Source: Eledone cirrhosa
Lineage: Eukaryota
Length of the DNA stretch: 64,000 bases
Reading direction: 5' to 3'
Assembly: GCA_964016885.1 (NCBI GenBank)
Contig: OZ024746.1
Location: 94,426,001-94,490,000, forward strand
The translations under genes and the position numbers were made by a program. Each line of letters begins with the position of its first letter. Within the stretch, counting starts at the first letter, position 1. Positions 25,489 to 39,485 of the stretch are shown piece after piece. The notes below the pieces were generated by a model. The model saw only the letters and a list, made by a program, of their open reading frames with translations. It was not told where the DNA came from and did not search any database.

Positions 25489-28400
25489 ATGGCTGGTTTA
25501 CGAGTTGGAACCGTGAATGTGCGTGGCCTAGGGATGCCCTGGAAACAGGGCCAACTTTTAAACGACCTTAGGTCACACAGTATGGATGTGATAGCCATCA
25601 CCGAGTCCAGAATCCACAACAGGCAGCAACTAACCCCCATCTTCGACGACTTTGAGATCTACGCATCTCTCTGTCAGCCAGGAGGTGGAGGTGGAGTGGC
25701 TGTTATGTTTCGGAAGAACCTGGACGTCAGAGTACAGCAAGTACACTTGGACCCGGAGGGTAGACTGGTAGTCCTAGACGTGAACAGTATCGGAGGTGGA
25801 GCCTTCAGACTGGTGGCCGTTTATGCCCCGACCGGGCAATCGCAATCACGGCCAGACTTCTTTAAGCATCTAGAGTCTTTTCTGGGAACGTCTCGCTCCT
25901 TACTTTTAGTGGGGGACTGGAATGGTATCCTAGATGCACGATGGGACTATGTGGGAGCATGTCCCAGTACAGCGGGGTGCAACAGCCTCAAAACTTTAAT
26001 CGGCCAATTCCAACTGGCCGATAGGTATCGACTGGATTTCCCGACTGCACCACAGTGGACGTGGGTAAACCGCAGTGGGACATCTAGATCGTATTTAGAT
26101 AGGTTCTTCATTAGAGGAAGGGACAAGGATATGTTAAGCTGTCCACGAATGCACATGGTTGCCTATTCAGATCACAAGTTAGTCGTCTGCTTAGTCAACC
26201 GTGATAGAATACATAGACAGGGTCCCGGATACTGGAAGCTGAACGTGTCGTTGCCGGCACGTAAAGCTTACAGTGAACGGATAAGTAAACTAGTCAAGCA
26301 ACAGTTAACGGGAGCCATCGTCAACAATAGATGGTGGTACTCTCTCAAGAAAGCAATTAGAATAGAATCGATAGGGTATAGCAGAGAGTTAGCCTTAGAG
26401 AAAAACAGAATAGAAAGAGAACTAGTAGCCAAGGTAGAGGAGGCACTTAGAAGTGGCAACGCGGCTAGAGTGTTAGCGTCGAGAACGGCACTGGACCAGT
26501 TCTTCGATGCGAAACACGAAGGCTGCGTGGTCAGAAGCAAAACACGTGCTCTAGGAAACGAAGGAGCGAAAGCTGTCAGCTGGCCCCAAGCAAATGTGCG
26601 CGGCCTTTCAGCGGCACTTTGCGCGGCTGTTTGAGCAGAACGACGGTGAGCCGAACGGGGCAATGGACTTTAGTTCATACCTCGACGGCCTGCCGCGTCT
26701 CTCGAACACGGACGCCGAGTTCTGCGAAAGACCGATCACGGACACTGAGATACGGGACGCTCTGGGCCGCTGCGGGAAACGCAAGTCACCCGGTCTAGAT
26801 GGTCTACCCTACGAATTTTACATAGGCATGCCGGACTTGTTCTCTGGCGTCCTCGAAGCCGTCTACTGCAATTGGCAGCAGAACGGGAGAATTCCCAGTT
26901 CTGCAGGAAAGGGCGTAGTAACGCTGATCAGGAAAGACGAGAACAAGGGGGACGAAATTAACAACTTCAGGCCCATAACTCTGCTCAACACAGAGTTAAA
27001 GATTTTGGCCAAGGTGCTGGCGACGAGGTTGGCGCTTGTCGTCGAGAACCTGGTAGGGAAAGCGCAAACGTGTGCAATCCCGACCAGGTCCATACACGAC
27101 AACCTCCACCTCATGCGATACATCATAGAGAGGGTGGGTAGTAAACCCGGCTTCGGTGGGGCTCTGATCAACTTGGATCAGTCTAAGGCATTCGATAGGG
27201 TCGACCATCGATACTTGGAAGCGGTTCTCAAGGCGGCCGGTTTCGGTCCCGTGTTCAGAGGATGGATCGAGGCGATGCACACCAGCATCTGCTCGAGGGT
27301 CAAGGTGAACGGCTACCTATCGGAGCCGTTCGCAATCACGCGTTCCATTCAACAGGGATGCCCTCTCTCCTCCATTCTGTATGTATTGACTCTAGAGCCA
27401 CTACTGCGGAAATTGGAGCTGTTGCAGGGCATCCCCCTAGAACCGGGACTGCGCAAAGCGACGTCGGCTTATGCCGACGACGTGACAGTAATGGTGTCGA
27501 GCACCTCGGAAATCGGGGTGATCGGCAACATACTGAAAGAATACGAAACGCTGACGGGAGCAAAACTAAACCCAGACAAGTCTGTCGGTTTGCAACTCGG
27601 TACGTGGAGAGGCAAACCGATGACATCCGACAGCGTCGTTGGACGCTGGACGGATGGACCGGTGAAATTGCTCGGGGTCTGGTTCGGTCCAGACCTCCAG
27701 GTGGAGAAAAACTGGAACGAGGTCACGACCAAGGTGTTTGCGCTCACCCAGAAGTGGGCAGAGTGCAAACTGTCATTGAAAGGTCGAGCAGAGATGGCGA
27801 ACACTTTCATAGCGTCTGTCATCTAATACCGCTTGACTGTCGTGCCTTGTCACCGTGAACACCTCGCCAAGATGGAAAGCATGCTGCGCTGGTGAGGAGA
27901 TACGTCTGCTGTCAGCACCCTTCCAACGGAGGGCTGGGAATGCCGTGGCTGATGATGCGCAAATATGCGCTGAGGCTGCGGCATCTCCAAGTATTCCTCA
28001 CCAACCCCCAACCGGTGTGGGCACTGTTTGTGAGAAAGGCTTTCCCACAGCTCGTCTCGCTGACGGAGCTGCAGTCCTGGGTCAAGAAAAGACCGAAAAT
28101 GATGGGCGCCTGGCACACTGAATGCGCTCAGGCACTCACAGTCCTCTGGCAAGCGGGCACAGCAATCAGTGGAGACTCCACTTCGACATTCTATAGAGGG
28201 ATTGTACGTTACAAGGGCGACGACGTGCTCGGAGAGACTCTGGGCGTCAAAGACGACGAGCTCACCAGTCTGTTCAGTAGGACTTTCCGCCCGGGACCTA
28301 TGGAAAACTTCCAGAGGTCCCTGGCCTGGTAGTGCTACCGAGGAGCTCTACCCGTTCGAGACAAGATCTACAGGCATGGACGCCCCGGCAGGGATCCTTC

Positions 28401-28730
28401 CAAGAGGACGTGTCCAAGATGCGAGCAGGACATTGAAAACGTATTGCACGCAATTGTACACTGCCCGGGCGTAAGCAACCTGTGGAACTATGCAGAACAA
28501 CTGCTGTCGCGTATGGGACAAATCCAGTTGACTGCCGAGTCCATAGTAAGGATCAAACCGCCAGCCTCTTTCAAAAACGAAAGAGAGGCGGTTTTCCTAT
28601 GTACAGTGGCTATTGGTGAAAGAGGTTATATGGTGGATGAGATTGAGAGGACTGAAGACAGATGCCTTTTTCTCCGGACAACAATTGATTCCATTCTTTA
28701 GGTATCACTTTACAAGGAGAATCATAGTTC
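25489..28730 (+). pseudogene. Tx1-like ORF2 (apurinic endonuclease, reverse transcriptase, zf-RVT) with frameshifts and stops
   Basis: TVNVRGL, GDWN, YLDRFF, SDHK (APE); KSPGLDGL, FRPITLLN, DQSKAFDRV, QGCPLS, YADD (RT); CPRC..HAIVHC. Confidence 0.95.
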
Positions 28731-29051
28731 GAAATGCATCGACAATTGTCCCCCTTGCTTTTGCTGGACATTACCAGAGAGCGTTAGACCCGGTGTTTTT
28801 CATAAATGTTTACCTGTAAACATACCGCATTTCCAAGGCAGGGGTGTGTGTATTCTTGATAAACGCCAACAAGCGAGAAACAGACTCACGATCACTCTCC
28901 GTTTGTTTTTGCCGAAAATAAGTAAGTGAGAGAGCCACTACTTTAAACTCATAGCGAAAGGTCTTCAAAATATTTTTGATTAAACATACAGTATATTGCC
29001 AAATATACTATACATACATACACACATACATATATATATAATATATATATA

Positions 29052-29123
<72 letters not shown>

Positions 29124-29128
<5 letters not shown>

Positions 29129-29480
29129 CGGGTAAAATTCCCGAGATCCATGGACGAGTTCTCTCCAGATGTCTCTGTCCCTCATTATCTCTGCCATGTC
29201 CTGCGTCTCCAACCGACTGCGTCTGTCCTTAGGGCATCCACACTGCCATCCTCGATCTCCCCCTTCCAGTATGTCCATGTAGGGACTCCCACAGGAGCAC
29301 TGAGTGCAGTGTCAACTCTGGATGTCGGTGAACATGTCCAGCTAACCTCAGTCTCCTCTGTGCTACTCTCGAGCTGACTTTTGGCAGGCTCCCGTACAGC
29401 TCTGAGTTCTTCATCCTCGGTGTATACTGATTAATGTACAGAGCCATCCTCAGCATTCCCTTGTAGCACCCATCCACCAT
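29124..29480 (-). mobile_element. RTE-clade LINE 3' fragment ending in (TA)n
   Basis: Homologous to 43710-44065; RRLRLAGHVHRH motif. Confidence 0.85.
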
Positions 29481-29481
29481 A

Positions 29482-29607
<126 letters not shown>

Positions 29608-30739
29608 CATATACATATGTGTGCGTGTGTGTTGTAAAACATCGGTGGTTGTGAAAAGGGGCAAAGGAAAAGAGTTACTCAATCAAGAAAGACAGCTGAT
29701 ATATTATATTTAGTTTTATGTTTATACACGGAAAAAAGGCGCTTACCTAAAGTTTCAGGACCAATTTTGACCATTCCCCAGATTTTAAAATCGATCAAAT
29801 TTGTGACTTAATCATCGGGCATTTGGAGGAGTTTGAAGATACTATTAAAAATATAGTATAAACACGTAGTATTACAAAAGGAAATACTAAAAGGAGATAC
29901 ACAATTAATGCCTTTGTCTTTTCGGACAAGACAAAATATATGTATATATGTATGAACTAGATAAACAAAAGCATAACTATTTCAAACCTGCCAACCTCTA
30001 AAAACCCAAACAGGGACTACCATGAAAAAGGGTCCCTAAAACGGAGAGAAATGTGTAAAATGAGATTTTACATAATTAAAGCTATACCTATTCTCACCAG
30101 GGAAGGCATCTCTTGCCTACCCAAAGTGGGTGAGAGATCTCCCTGTAGGACGTAGAGAGTTGACAGGTCTGCTATCTTATCCTTAATAACTAATAAATAC
30201 CAGAAAGCCAAACCTATCAACTATAACAGCATCATTGATGAATGATGAAGCCAAATATATTGACAGAAATTTTAAGATTGGGACTAGATTAGAATGCTTA
30301 ACTAAACGTGATGCTTTCATTTCTCTGAGGGATCACAGATTTAACTTCATAAAGAGGCTTAGCTGTAGCTTAATAAATCCTGCAAGAACAGAGTTATGGC
30401 AATCTAGTAAAAGGTTGGATGAAATATCAATATATGTGATATTAAAAACACTAACTTATTACTCTGGAATAACATATCTGTCATATCCTGATTCACAGAC
30501 ATCCTCTTTAAGAATAGGACCCCCTATTTAGAAACAGTAGAAGATGGTAAAAAAAAAAATCTGACCCAGAAGATTCTTTTGACCTCTCTATGAGGTCTTA
30601 CGACAGTTCTGATATTTGTAATCTTATCGGCTTATACATTCTTCAAACACCAACGTTTAAGTTCCCCAACCACTCATTTGGTCTATATCGAGACGATGCC
30701 CTTTTATTTTCACATGATTATAACGGTCATACTCTAGAT

Positions 30740-31209
30740 CAGCGGTTCCCAACCTTTTATAATAAATTCCACCTTAATGATATAGCAAAACAGTATGGCC
30801 CCCACAAAAATTTAAATTTTTTGATATAATTTTTTTATGTAAAAATAATTTCGGCATGTCTTTTTATTTCAGTCAAAGTAATTTTGTCAATGAGAAATTT
30901 ACTAAAATAAATCATATATAACCTGTTATAAAAATAAGTTTCTTTACTAAGTTTATTTACTAAAACATAAATTGTTATATCCAGATTTAAATAATTATCA
31001 AGTGAAGTAAAATCATAATTAGAAAAGGTAGAAAGTTGATAAAAAGTTGAATATAAAAATTTGAAGCAAGAAAAAGAAAAAATGATGTTAGGAAACTACT
31101 CTTCTTTTTTATGTATGAAATTTTGTGATTTTTAGTTAATTCCCATGGCTCCCCCAATAACTTGCTAAGGCCCACTGGTGGGTCATGGCCCCCTGGTTGG
31201 GAACCAATG
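30740..31209. mobile_element. hAT (Charlie-like) MITE inserted in the PLE RT
   Basis: TIRs CAGCGGTTCCCAACC / GGTTGGGAACCAATG; 8-bp TSD CTCTAGAT / ATCTAGAT (NTCTAGAN type); removal restores NGHTLD-RLRKDLI. Confidence 0.9.
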
Positions 31210-31792
31210 ATCTAGATAGACTCCGCAAGGATTTAATTGACACCTTTCGCACACTAGGATATAAAATTACGGTTCATACGAACCTTATTAATGCAAATTT
31301 CCTTGACATCAACTTAGAAAGTTCTGAAGTTAGCAAAGGATATATTGGTACGGTGCAAGATCGTTTTAAACAACGTTTTTTTCTCGCATTTCCATTCCTT
31401 CAGGAACCCCCATATGAGAAACAGCAAGGCTCTGGAAAAAGAGCCTGGCAATTAAAGGAGAAAGGAATCCCTCATAATATTACTTGAAAGGTCCAAACCT
31501 TATGCCAGAGGTACCAAAAGATGTTTACATCTGAGAGGCCAACTCGTTGCTAAGTGGAAACACTCACTGAATTCAACTGATTTTCAAACACCTTAATATA
31601 TATTTTCTTTATAACATTTCTTTTTCCACACTTCCCCACATTTTCGGTAATAAGGGAACATATGATGTACATAACGATAGCGATAGGCAAGTATTGTGTA
31701 GGAGACCAAGCCTAACTGCTAACATCGTGTTCCATACTATGACGAGCATATCAAAGACAAAAACAAAAACATTACAATATTATTCTTTAATA

Positions 31793-31862
31793 GCTGTCTG
31801 ATGATAACACCACAAATGATTATTAAGCAACCATTTTGATGTCTTCGAAATGTGCATAACAA
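31793..31862 (+). ncRNA. Hammerhead ribozyme candidate in PLE 3' region
   Basis: tgt-CTGATGA-taacaccacaaatg..cattttgatgtcttc-GAAA-tgtgca-TA-aca. Confidence 0.7.
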
Positions 31863-32050
31863 GATTATATAATAAACAGAAGATGTATACGTAATACCGT
31901 CTCTATTCTTCTTTATAATACCGACACTTAATCTGGTACCTTGTAGGTAATACCTGAAGGTACACACGACGTGGAGAGCTTGCGTCTGTTTACACTACAA
32001 TCGGTCTTTTACTATGATCAACCAATGTTTTTTATTTGGAATAATATACA

Positions 32051-32104
<54 letters not shown>

Positions 32105-32222
32105 TTCATTAGTTAAGCAAAACAAGACCACAAATTTCACAAGGAAGACATTATTAAAAGATTGTCAACATATTTTAGTTTGATGTAAGGAATGTAGAGA
32201 ATAATAATAATAATATTAATAA

Positions 32223-32463
32223 TAATTGTTTCTACTTTTGGCACAAGGCCAGCAATTACCCAGTGTATTACTGGATAATTGTTTCTACTTTAGGTACAAG
32301 GCCAGCAATTACCCAGTGCCTTACTGGTACTTTATTTTATCGACCCCGTAAGGATGAAAGACAAAGTCAACCTCGGCGGGATTTGAACTCAGATCGTAAA
32401 GGGAGGTAACTATGTTGGAAAGCATGGCGTCCGACCCTCTACCGATACTACCAATCCACCGCC
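32223..32463 (-). mobile_element. tRNA-derived SINE with duplicated 3' end
   Basis: Core and head on - strand; tail segment present twice. Confidence 0.85.
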
Positions 32464-32837
32464 TGTATTACTGGTAATAATAATGTCCGTTTACAATTGT
32501 TTCGCTACTCCATATAATATTTCTGGATCAAATGACTATATATCATTATTGATCTAAAATTTGTGGTCTTGTTTTGCTTAACTAATGAATATTTCCAGCT
32601 CTGCGCGCCTAACTTCTGCATGAACCCAGCCATCTAGCTGCTTTCTACTGCATATTGCACATTGAGCACATGCCTTTACGCTTTGGCATCTAACTAATTC
32701 ACCAATCTCTCCTCTCCTATCTCCTCTCCTATCTCCATCACTCTCTTTAAGATTGGTTACTCTTGAACTGTGTATATTTATTTTTATATATATATATATA
32801 TGCATATTCATTTTCTATCTATTTAGCTAACTACCTG

Positions 32838-32919
<82 letters not shown>

Positions 32920-33084
32920 CCATTACTCTAGTCTCCTTCCTTCCTTCTTGTCTTATATTTTCCTGTTTTCCTACAACTCCTCACGATCACTCGTGTCTTT
33001 ATTTGTCTCTAAACTACTTAGTCTGCATGTCTGGCTGTAGTTATTGTAGAAAAGGTCACACAACAAATTAGCGGTAAGTATACA

Positions 33085-33227
<143 letters not shown>

Positions 33228-33334
33228 ATAATAATAAATTTGAAGACTAAAATCCAAAGAGGGATCGATAAGGATAAATATATATCAAATATATAAGAAC
33301 CGTAGAGCAAATATTTATTAAAATAACAGATTAA

Positions 33335-33385
33335 AGTTTAAGCAAAGAATCGTTGCTTTCACCCTTAACGGGATCTTCTGAAACT
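33335..33385 (-). ncRNA. Hammerhead-like motif (family F, CAGAAGA core); second copy at 48006-48056 (+)
   Basis: agttt-CAGAAGA-tccc(gttaa)gggt-GAAA-gcaa..ttgc-TT-aaact; three stems form and the core variant is shared by both copies. Confidence 0.6.
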
Positions 33386-33499
33386 AACAAAGTCAATCTG
33401 TAAACGCAGAAGTGGATATTTCAAAAAACGTTGCAACCGGAGGAAGACAGGAAGACGATATTTTGGTTCGTGGAAACGTTCCCTGGCAAAGAACGGGAA

Positions 33500-33829
33500 A
33501 AAAACGAATATAATACGTCATTAATAGGAGCGGTGAAAAACAATTACGCGCAAAGACAGAACCACGTTTATGGTATAAAAGAAGTCGTAGACTTTCAGCT
33601 TATATCTGGGAGTCTATAAGACAACCACACCCAATATAAGTTACACTGGCAGATCCTAGCTAGGACTAGATCGTATAACGGAAATAAAAGACCATGTGAC
33701 CTCTGCGCCGCTGAGGCCCTGGAAATACTCTACGCCACAGACCACATCTTAAACAAAAAATCTGAGGCAATTTCGGCTTGTAAACATAAATTGCACAAAA
33801 CTTTCCTGTACTACAGCCCCACATTATAA
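33500..33829 (+). pseudogene. PLE GIY-YIG C-terminal fragment
   Basis: LSAYIW..YKLHWQILARTRSY....CDLCAAE...ILNKKSEAISACKH* across one frameshift. Confidence 0.85.
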
Positions 33830-33958
33830 CCTAACGGATAGTACGATCTATACGTGGATATTTTACGTCTTGATTCTATAGTCTCTTACTATAGTCACTG
33901 GTTGATCAGTTCGTTGTGAGTTGAATTTGATTGACGGAAATTGCAGAAGTCCGTCGGA

Positions 33959-34039
<81 letters not shown>

Positions 34040-34476
34040 CGTCGGGGTCCTGAGTCTTTTCCTATTACCCACTCTACTACCCTAAGTATCGAGTACTCTA
34101 TTGCGTTATGGTCCACTTGGTTTCTTACCATACTGCAAGAGATGTCAACATGAATGGACCTGTTATTTTTATCTAAAGACATTTTTATCCAATTCCAACC
34201 CGCCCGTCCCCTCAATCTATCTTATTTCTCATTCTTTCTTCTGGTGAAGGACTAGCGTCCGAAACCTTAAAACCCTCTTCCTGTTATATCAAGCGTTAAC
34301 CTAATATATCCCTTCCATATACTGTACCGATTGTGTTGTTATTTCTGTTTACATTTTACACACATATATACTGTATATATATTTTTCAACGATTAGATGA
34401 TTTATCATTTTTCTATATATACATACATGCATACATACATACACACATTCAAACATACATACACGCATACACAGAT

Positions 34477-34527
<51 letters not shown>

Positions 34528-34543
34528 TAAACACACACACACA

Positions 34544-34582
<39 letters not shown>

Positions 34583-34596
34583 TATATATATAATAA

Positions 34597-34642
<46 letters not shown>

Positions 34643-34884
34643 CAATATATATATATAATATATATATATATATAATAAATATATATATATATATATATAT
34701 GAATGAAAATAAAATTAATATAAGCCAAATGCCAACAATAATTCAGGTATATAAGTGACTATACCATCAAGATGAGGGAAAAGTAACACAATCTTAATTC
34801 AAAACAAATCAAGAAGAAATGGCTTCCACAGGACTAGAACTGTTTCATTCGGGAGAAATCATCAGATATATACATATATATATA

Positions 34885-35065
<181 letters not shown>

Positions 35066-35468
35066 GCACACACACAGGTGAATAAACCCATAGCCGAGAT
35101 GCGACAGAAAATGTTGATTATATCTCATATCTGTGGAAGACATTAGACTTGTGATCTGCAGCGGCCTCCCAAATATTACATTCCACTGTGGCATGATGTT
35201 GTTGTTAAAATAATATACAATGTCATCCGTAGTGGTGGCATTGTATATTCTGTATAATATTTCTGGTGTTCTGTATATTCACACATTCCAGCACAAGGAA
35301 TATTTTTGGAACATTCTTAACAAAACCTCCACTGTATTTATATACAACAGACCCGATATAGTTGTTTGGGACACAAAATAACATTACTATGTTTTTTAGT
35401 GTATAATACAAGAAATATTTAACTAGAATTTAGCGCAAAAAAGAGGTGTGGCTCGTATTATACTTAAG

Positions 35469-35861
35469 TACTTTCGGGTCTCGAATAATCCTCCCACATC
35501 CCACTGATTAATCTTTCAGCTTTGTTTCACCCCACCCGCGCCCTTATTCCACTCCCACCCCGATTATTAAATTTTGCTAATCTATCTCCGGCGAAATTAC
35601 ATTTGAAGTGGTAGCATTCCTGCGACAAATAAGTTTATTTATACATTAAAAAGCATTATACATGACAAAAAAAAAAGGACATTACTAAAAATCCCATATG
35701 TTGCAAAATAAATAGGATAGCTTGGGATCTCTATGTAAACTAAACGAATAATTCTTGTTTTTAACAAATCAACGGAGACAACCTTGAAAAATTACCGATT
35801 CACCGTTCCGATTATTTCGACCCCCTTGCTATCGCCCCCTAATATTTGGGATCTGAGAGTA
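35469..35861. mobile_element. TA-flanked MITE (Tc1/mariner-pogo-like); partial relative at 50338-50580
   Basis: Imperfect TIRs TA-CTTTCGGGTCTCGAATA / TATTTGGGATCTGAGAG-TA. Confidence 0.55.
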
Positions 35862-36059
35862 CACCGGTTCAGAAATTTATACTAAGATTTATATTACTCA
35901 ATTCGAATAGTAAGATTTGTATATTCATGTTGATAGCAATTGTTTACAAACCTCATTTGGTATATCGGCAATATTTGTATTCGCGATCGTATTCTTTCGG
36001 TCATTACTGAAGATTCATGACCATAGGTGAAAACTGAAATTGAAGATTCGAAAACCGAA

Positions 36060-36450
36060 TTGAAGATAGCAAGTTTAACGAATACAAGCGGTCAAAATGG
36101 GATTCCTCCGAAGGGTCTTTGGAGTAATGTTACTCGATAAAGTGTGTAACTTGGAGCTCAGAGAGTCACTCCAGGTAGAGCCGCTACTTCTCTGAATTGA
36201 GAGATCACAGCTCTGATACTATGGGCATGTGGTTTATCTCAGGAAAGAATCGCTGGGTAGATTTTACAGGCAAAACAAACCAGCAGGAAACCCAGGGGTG
36301 ACCCTGAGCAAGATGGTTGGATAACATGCATGAGCTTGGGTTATCTCATTTGGGGATCCAGCTAGAACTGTTGAAGATGTTACTTCTGATAGGACCCGCA
36401 GGAAGGAGAGTTTGAGGACTCTACTCCCACAACCCTCTCAGGAATAAGTG
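36060..36450 (+). mobile_element. Decayed RTE-like LINE 3' fragment
   Basis: ELRESLQVEPLLL.IERSQL.YYGHV..AKQTSRKPRG motifs. Confidence 0.7.
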
Positions 36451-37309
36451 GGAAATCTCTCGCCCTCACTGTATTTTCTTTTCTCACTCTCTCTATCTTC
36501 TTCACTCGCAATCTCTGTGTCTTTCTCTCTCACCCTCTGTTTTCCTCTCTTACCCTCTCTTATACACTCTCTGTCCCCCTCTCTCATCCACACTGTCTTC
36601 CCCTCTCTCTCTCTCTCTCTGTTCCTCTCTTTTATCTTCCTCTCACACCGTCTCTCTGTCTCCCTCTTGCACCTTTACTCTACACCACTCACAAATCTCA
36701 CACTTGTCATCTTCATTAAATAATTATTGCATTGATTACCTTATAATTAATGCAATACAAACCCCACTTCTAACCAATTGCCACCTACCCACCTTCTCAT
36801 TTCCATTCACATTTTCTCCTCCTCCCCCTCCTCCCCCTCCACCCCTCCTCCTCCTCCTCCTCCTCCTCCCTATTGATGATGATGATGATGATGATGTTTG
36901 TCCTGATAAGGTTTGTTTACTTGTTGGGGAAACAGATTTTTTGATACTTTGTTATATATTTTTCTGTTTAGTATTGGATCATATAAATCTAATGATAATA
37001 TACGGGGGGGGGGGGGGGGTACGTCTGGAACGATTTTCTTCAGCAACTAAAGCAACAACAACAAAAACAATAAGCACAACAGCAACAGCGGTAACCAGAA
37101 CTCCGAGATCAACAACAGTAAGAAGAAAAACAACAACATTATCAGCTGCAACACCAATAGTGGTAACAGCAACAGTAATAAATAGCAACAACAACAACAA
37201 CAACAACAACAACGATAAAAAAACACACGAAAGAGAGCCTCTCTACGTGGTCGAGTGACATACTAGAATCAGCGAATCCCCCTCCGTACAGGCCTATACC
37301 CTTATAAAT

Positions 37310-37470
37310 AATTGTTTCTACTTTTGGCACAAGGCCAGCAATTATCCCAGTGCATTACTGGTACTTTATTTTATCGACCACGTAAGGATGAAAGGCAAAG
37401 TTAACCTCGGCGGATTTGAACTCAGACCATAAAGGGCCGTAACTCTTTGCTGCAAAGCATGGCGTCAGAC
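37310..37470 (-). mobile_element. tRNA-derived SINE (partial)
   Basis: Core and tail on - strand. Confidence 0.8.
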
Positions 37471-37509
37471 CCAAATAATGTGTAACGGAAGAATCTTGTT
37501 AGACTATTA

Positions 37510-37740
37510 TATTTATATCTGTATTTTTGACCGCTGGTCAGTCAATGATAAACATTGTTGGCCGAATGAATTAACTATGGAGATATAAAAGATACAGAAG
37601 CGAAAACCAACCAAACAGTGAGTGTGTTCTGTTATTATTTCTGGCAATATTATTACAACAATATGACCTCCCCAAGTATAACAATATTTGTTTCGACACA
37701 CGATTTCATATCAAAAACCTCGCAAAACAAATACATAAAT
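37510..37740 (+). mobile_element. PLE pLTR/tail fragment homologous to 6385-6615
   Basis: TTTTGACCGC.GGTCAGTCAATG..AACATTG and GAAGCGAAAACCAACCAAACAGTGAGTGTGTTCTG shared. Confidence 0.8.
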
Positions 37741-37880
37741 AAAAACCAAAAAAATGGCAGCCACTTGAGAAATATAATGAAAGTCATTGACTAAACTCCT
37801 CGAGAAATCTGCACCAAATTTCAGATTTAAACATTGTTCTGCATTTCTTTGTTTCTTTTTTTCTTTCTTTCTTTCTTTTT

Positions 37881-37920
<40 letters not shown>

Positions 37921-38209
37921 TTTTCTTTCTTTCTTTCTTTCTTTCTTTCACTCAGTTTTATTTTAAACGTTTTGACAAACACACAGGTTGTGGTATATAT
38001 AATTATAATTAACTCCCCTAAATTTTTTTTAAATTATGGTTGCGTGCCATATTCACCATATTGGTGAAGTCATGCTGCTATATTTAGTATTACCCCAGCC
38101 AGACTGCCACTGTTGTTGTCATTTGTCTAGCAGTTAATGATACACGTGGGTTACCGGCACTGACATGAATTTAGCAGTAACATCGAATTTTGGAATCCCT
38201 TCAAAGAAC

Positions 38210-38316
38210 TGCTAGCTGATGAGAATTCACTTGACCGGAATGTTCTGGTTAGGGATTTATTATTAATCGATGAACAGCGGATTCTCAACGAAATTCGAAA
38301 CAGTACTGTACCAGCA
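38210..38316 (+). ncRNA. Hammerhead ribozyme (family L), large insertion in stem II
   Basis: tgctag-CTGATGA-gaatt..(~64 nt)..aattc-GAAA-cagtactg-TA-ccagca; palindromic stem III ACAGTACTGT. Confidence 0.8.
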
Positions 38317-38751
38317 CACACACAAACACACACACACGCACACACAAATGCACGCGCGCGCACACACACACGCGCGCGCGCACACACACACACACGCACA
38401 CACACACACACACACATACATACATACATACATACATACATACATGGTGGCTGCCAACTCGTTTTCGAGTACGGCCACTACTTTATATCCATGTAGGAGA
38501 ACCCCTACCGATGCGCTGAACGAGTGTGACTTTTTAGTCCAGCCAGCGACTTAAAAACTCTGGTACAAACACTACACTTGTGACAATTATTGACACATAG
38601 TGCTGGGCCCATGGTACCATGTGACAAGTGCAGAGAGATCTCCAGATATAAAGCAATGCCTGTGCCGTGAAGCTTTTATAGTGAGCAAAGGCACTGCACA
38701 AAGCCAGTCCCACTCTCTTAACCAAGATACATACATACATACATACATACA

Positions 38752-38782
<31 letters not shown>

Positions 38783-38914
38783 GTAAAAACTACATAAATA
38801 GTCAGAAACAGCAGACGATTCAACGGTGTAAAAGTTTAAAACGAAATAAACAAAAATTGCAACTTGAAAAAAAACTCAAATGATTGACATAAATATCTTT
38901 TTTTTTTCTTGACG

Positions 38915-39115
38915 CTAAACACCGCCAGTTGCAGACTGCGCACCAACATGAGATATCTTTCTCCACAAAGTTCGATCACCAGCAGCAGAGTTCAAAGAGC
39001 AAAGATCAAGTCCAATCCATAAGTTAACATTTTCAAGCCATTGTTTTGGCTGCCAGCCTCTGCTTCTCTTACCAACCAACCAACCAACCAACCTTCCTTC
39101 CAGGCAGAACCTACT
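38915..39115 (-). mobile_element. RTE-like LINE C-terminal fragment (second family)
   Basis: LEGRL.GKRSRG.QPKQWLENV..AAGDRTLWRK. Confidence 0.7.
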
Positions 39116-39349
39116 CACACCACGAGTTGATATTTTTATATGGCCGTATAGTTTGAGAACTTGACAATTGATGTAATTGGTCTAAGTTTGGTAATGTTGA
39201 GTAGTTCACTGATACAGATACGGTCGCTGAGCCGCTTGCCAATAAATATGTAGAAAAACGTAAACACTGAGTGAACAGTGAAACTTTCGATGCTGAATTT
39301 GAAGAAAAGAATAGAATCTGGAAAGCTTTTATTGAAATAGAGTGAGTGT

Positions 39350-39485
39350 CACCTCTGGATTGCAATGTCAACTCTGGATGTCGGTGAGCATGTCCAGCTA
39401 ACCTCAGTCTCCTCTGTGTCAGTTTTGAGCTGACTTTTGGGAGGCTCCCATACAGCTCTGAGTTTTACATCCTCAGTGTATACAT
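39350..39485 (-). mobile_element. RTE LINE fragment (same family as 42498-44065)
   Basis: Homologous to 43765-43880. Confidence 0.8.

Larger units (their letters stand above)
23362..28730 (+). mobile_element. Near-full-length, decayed Tx1/L1-clade LINE (3' end missing)
   Basis: 5' UTR, ORF1 with CCHC knuckle, ORF2 with APE, RT and zinc finger. Confidence 0.92.
30180..32050 (+). mobile_element. Decayed PLE (YRDD-type RT, probably Nematis-like) with GIY-YIG remnant and HHR-bearing 3' region
   Basis: AFISLRDHRFNF..CSLINPA, MRSYD..ICNLIGLYIL, GLYRDD, NFLDINL, YIGT..RFKQRF; HHR at 31793; ends in (TA)n. Confidence 0.85.

Noticed and set aside
26268-27858. Alternative-frame and antisense ORFs within Tx1 ORF2 (also 60299-62361)
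   Set aside because: Shadow ORFs of a GC-rich coding sequence
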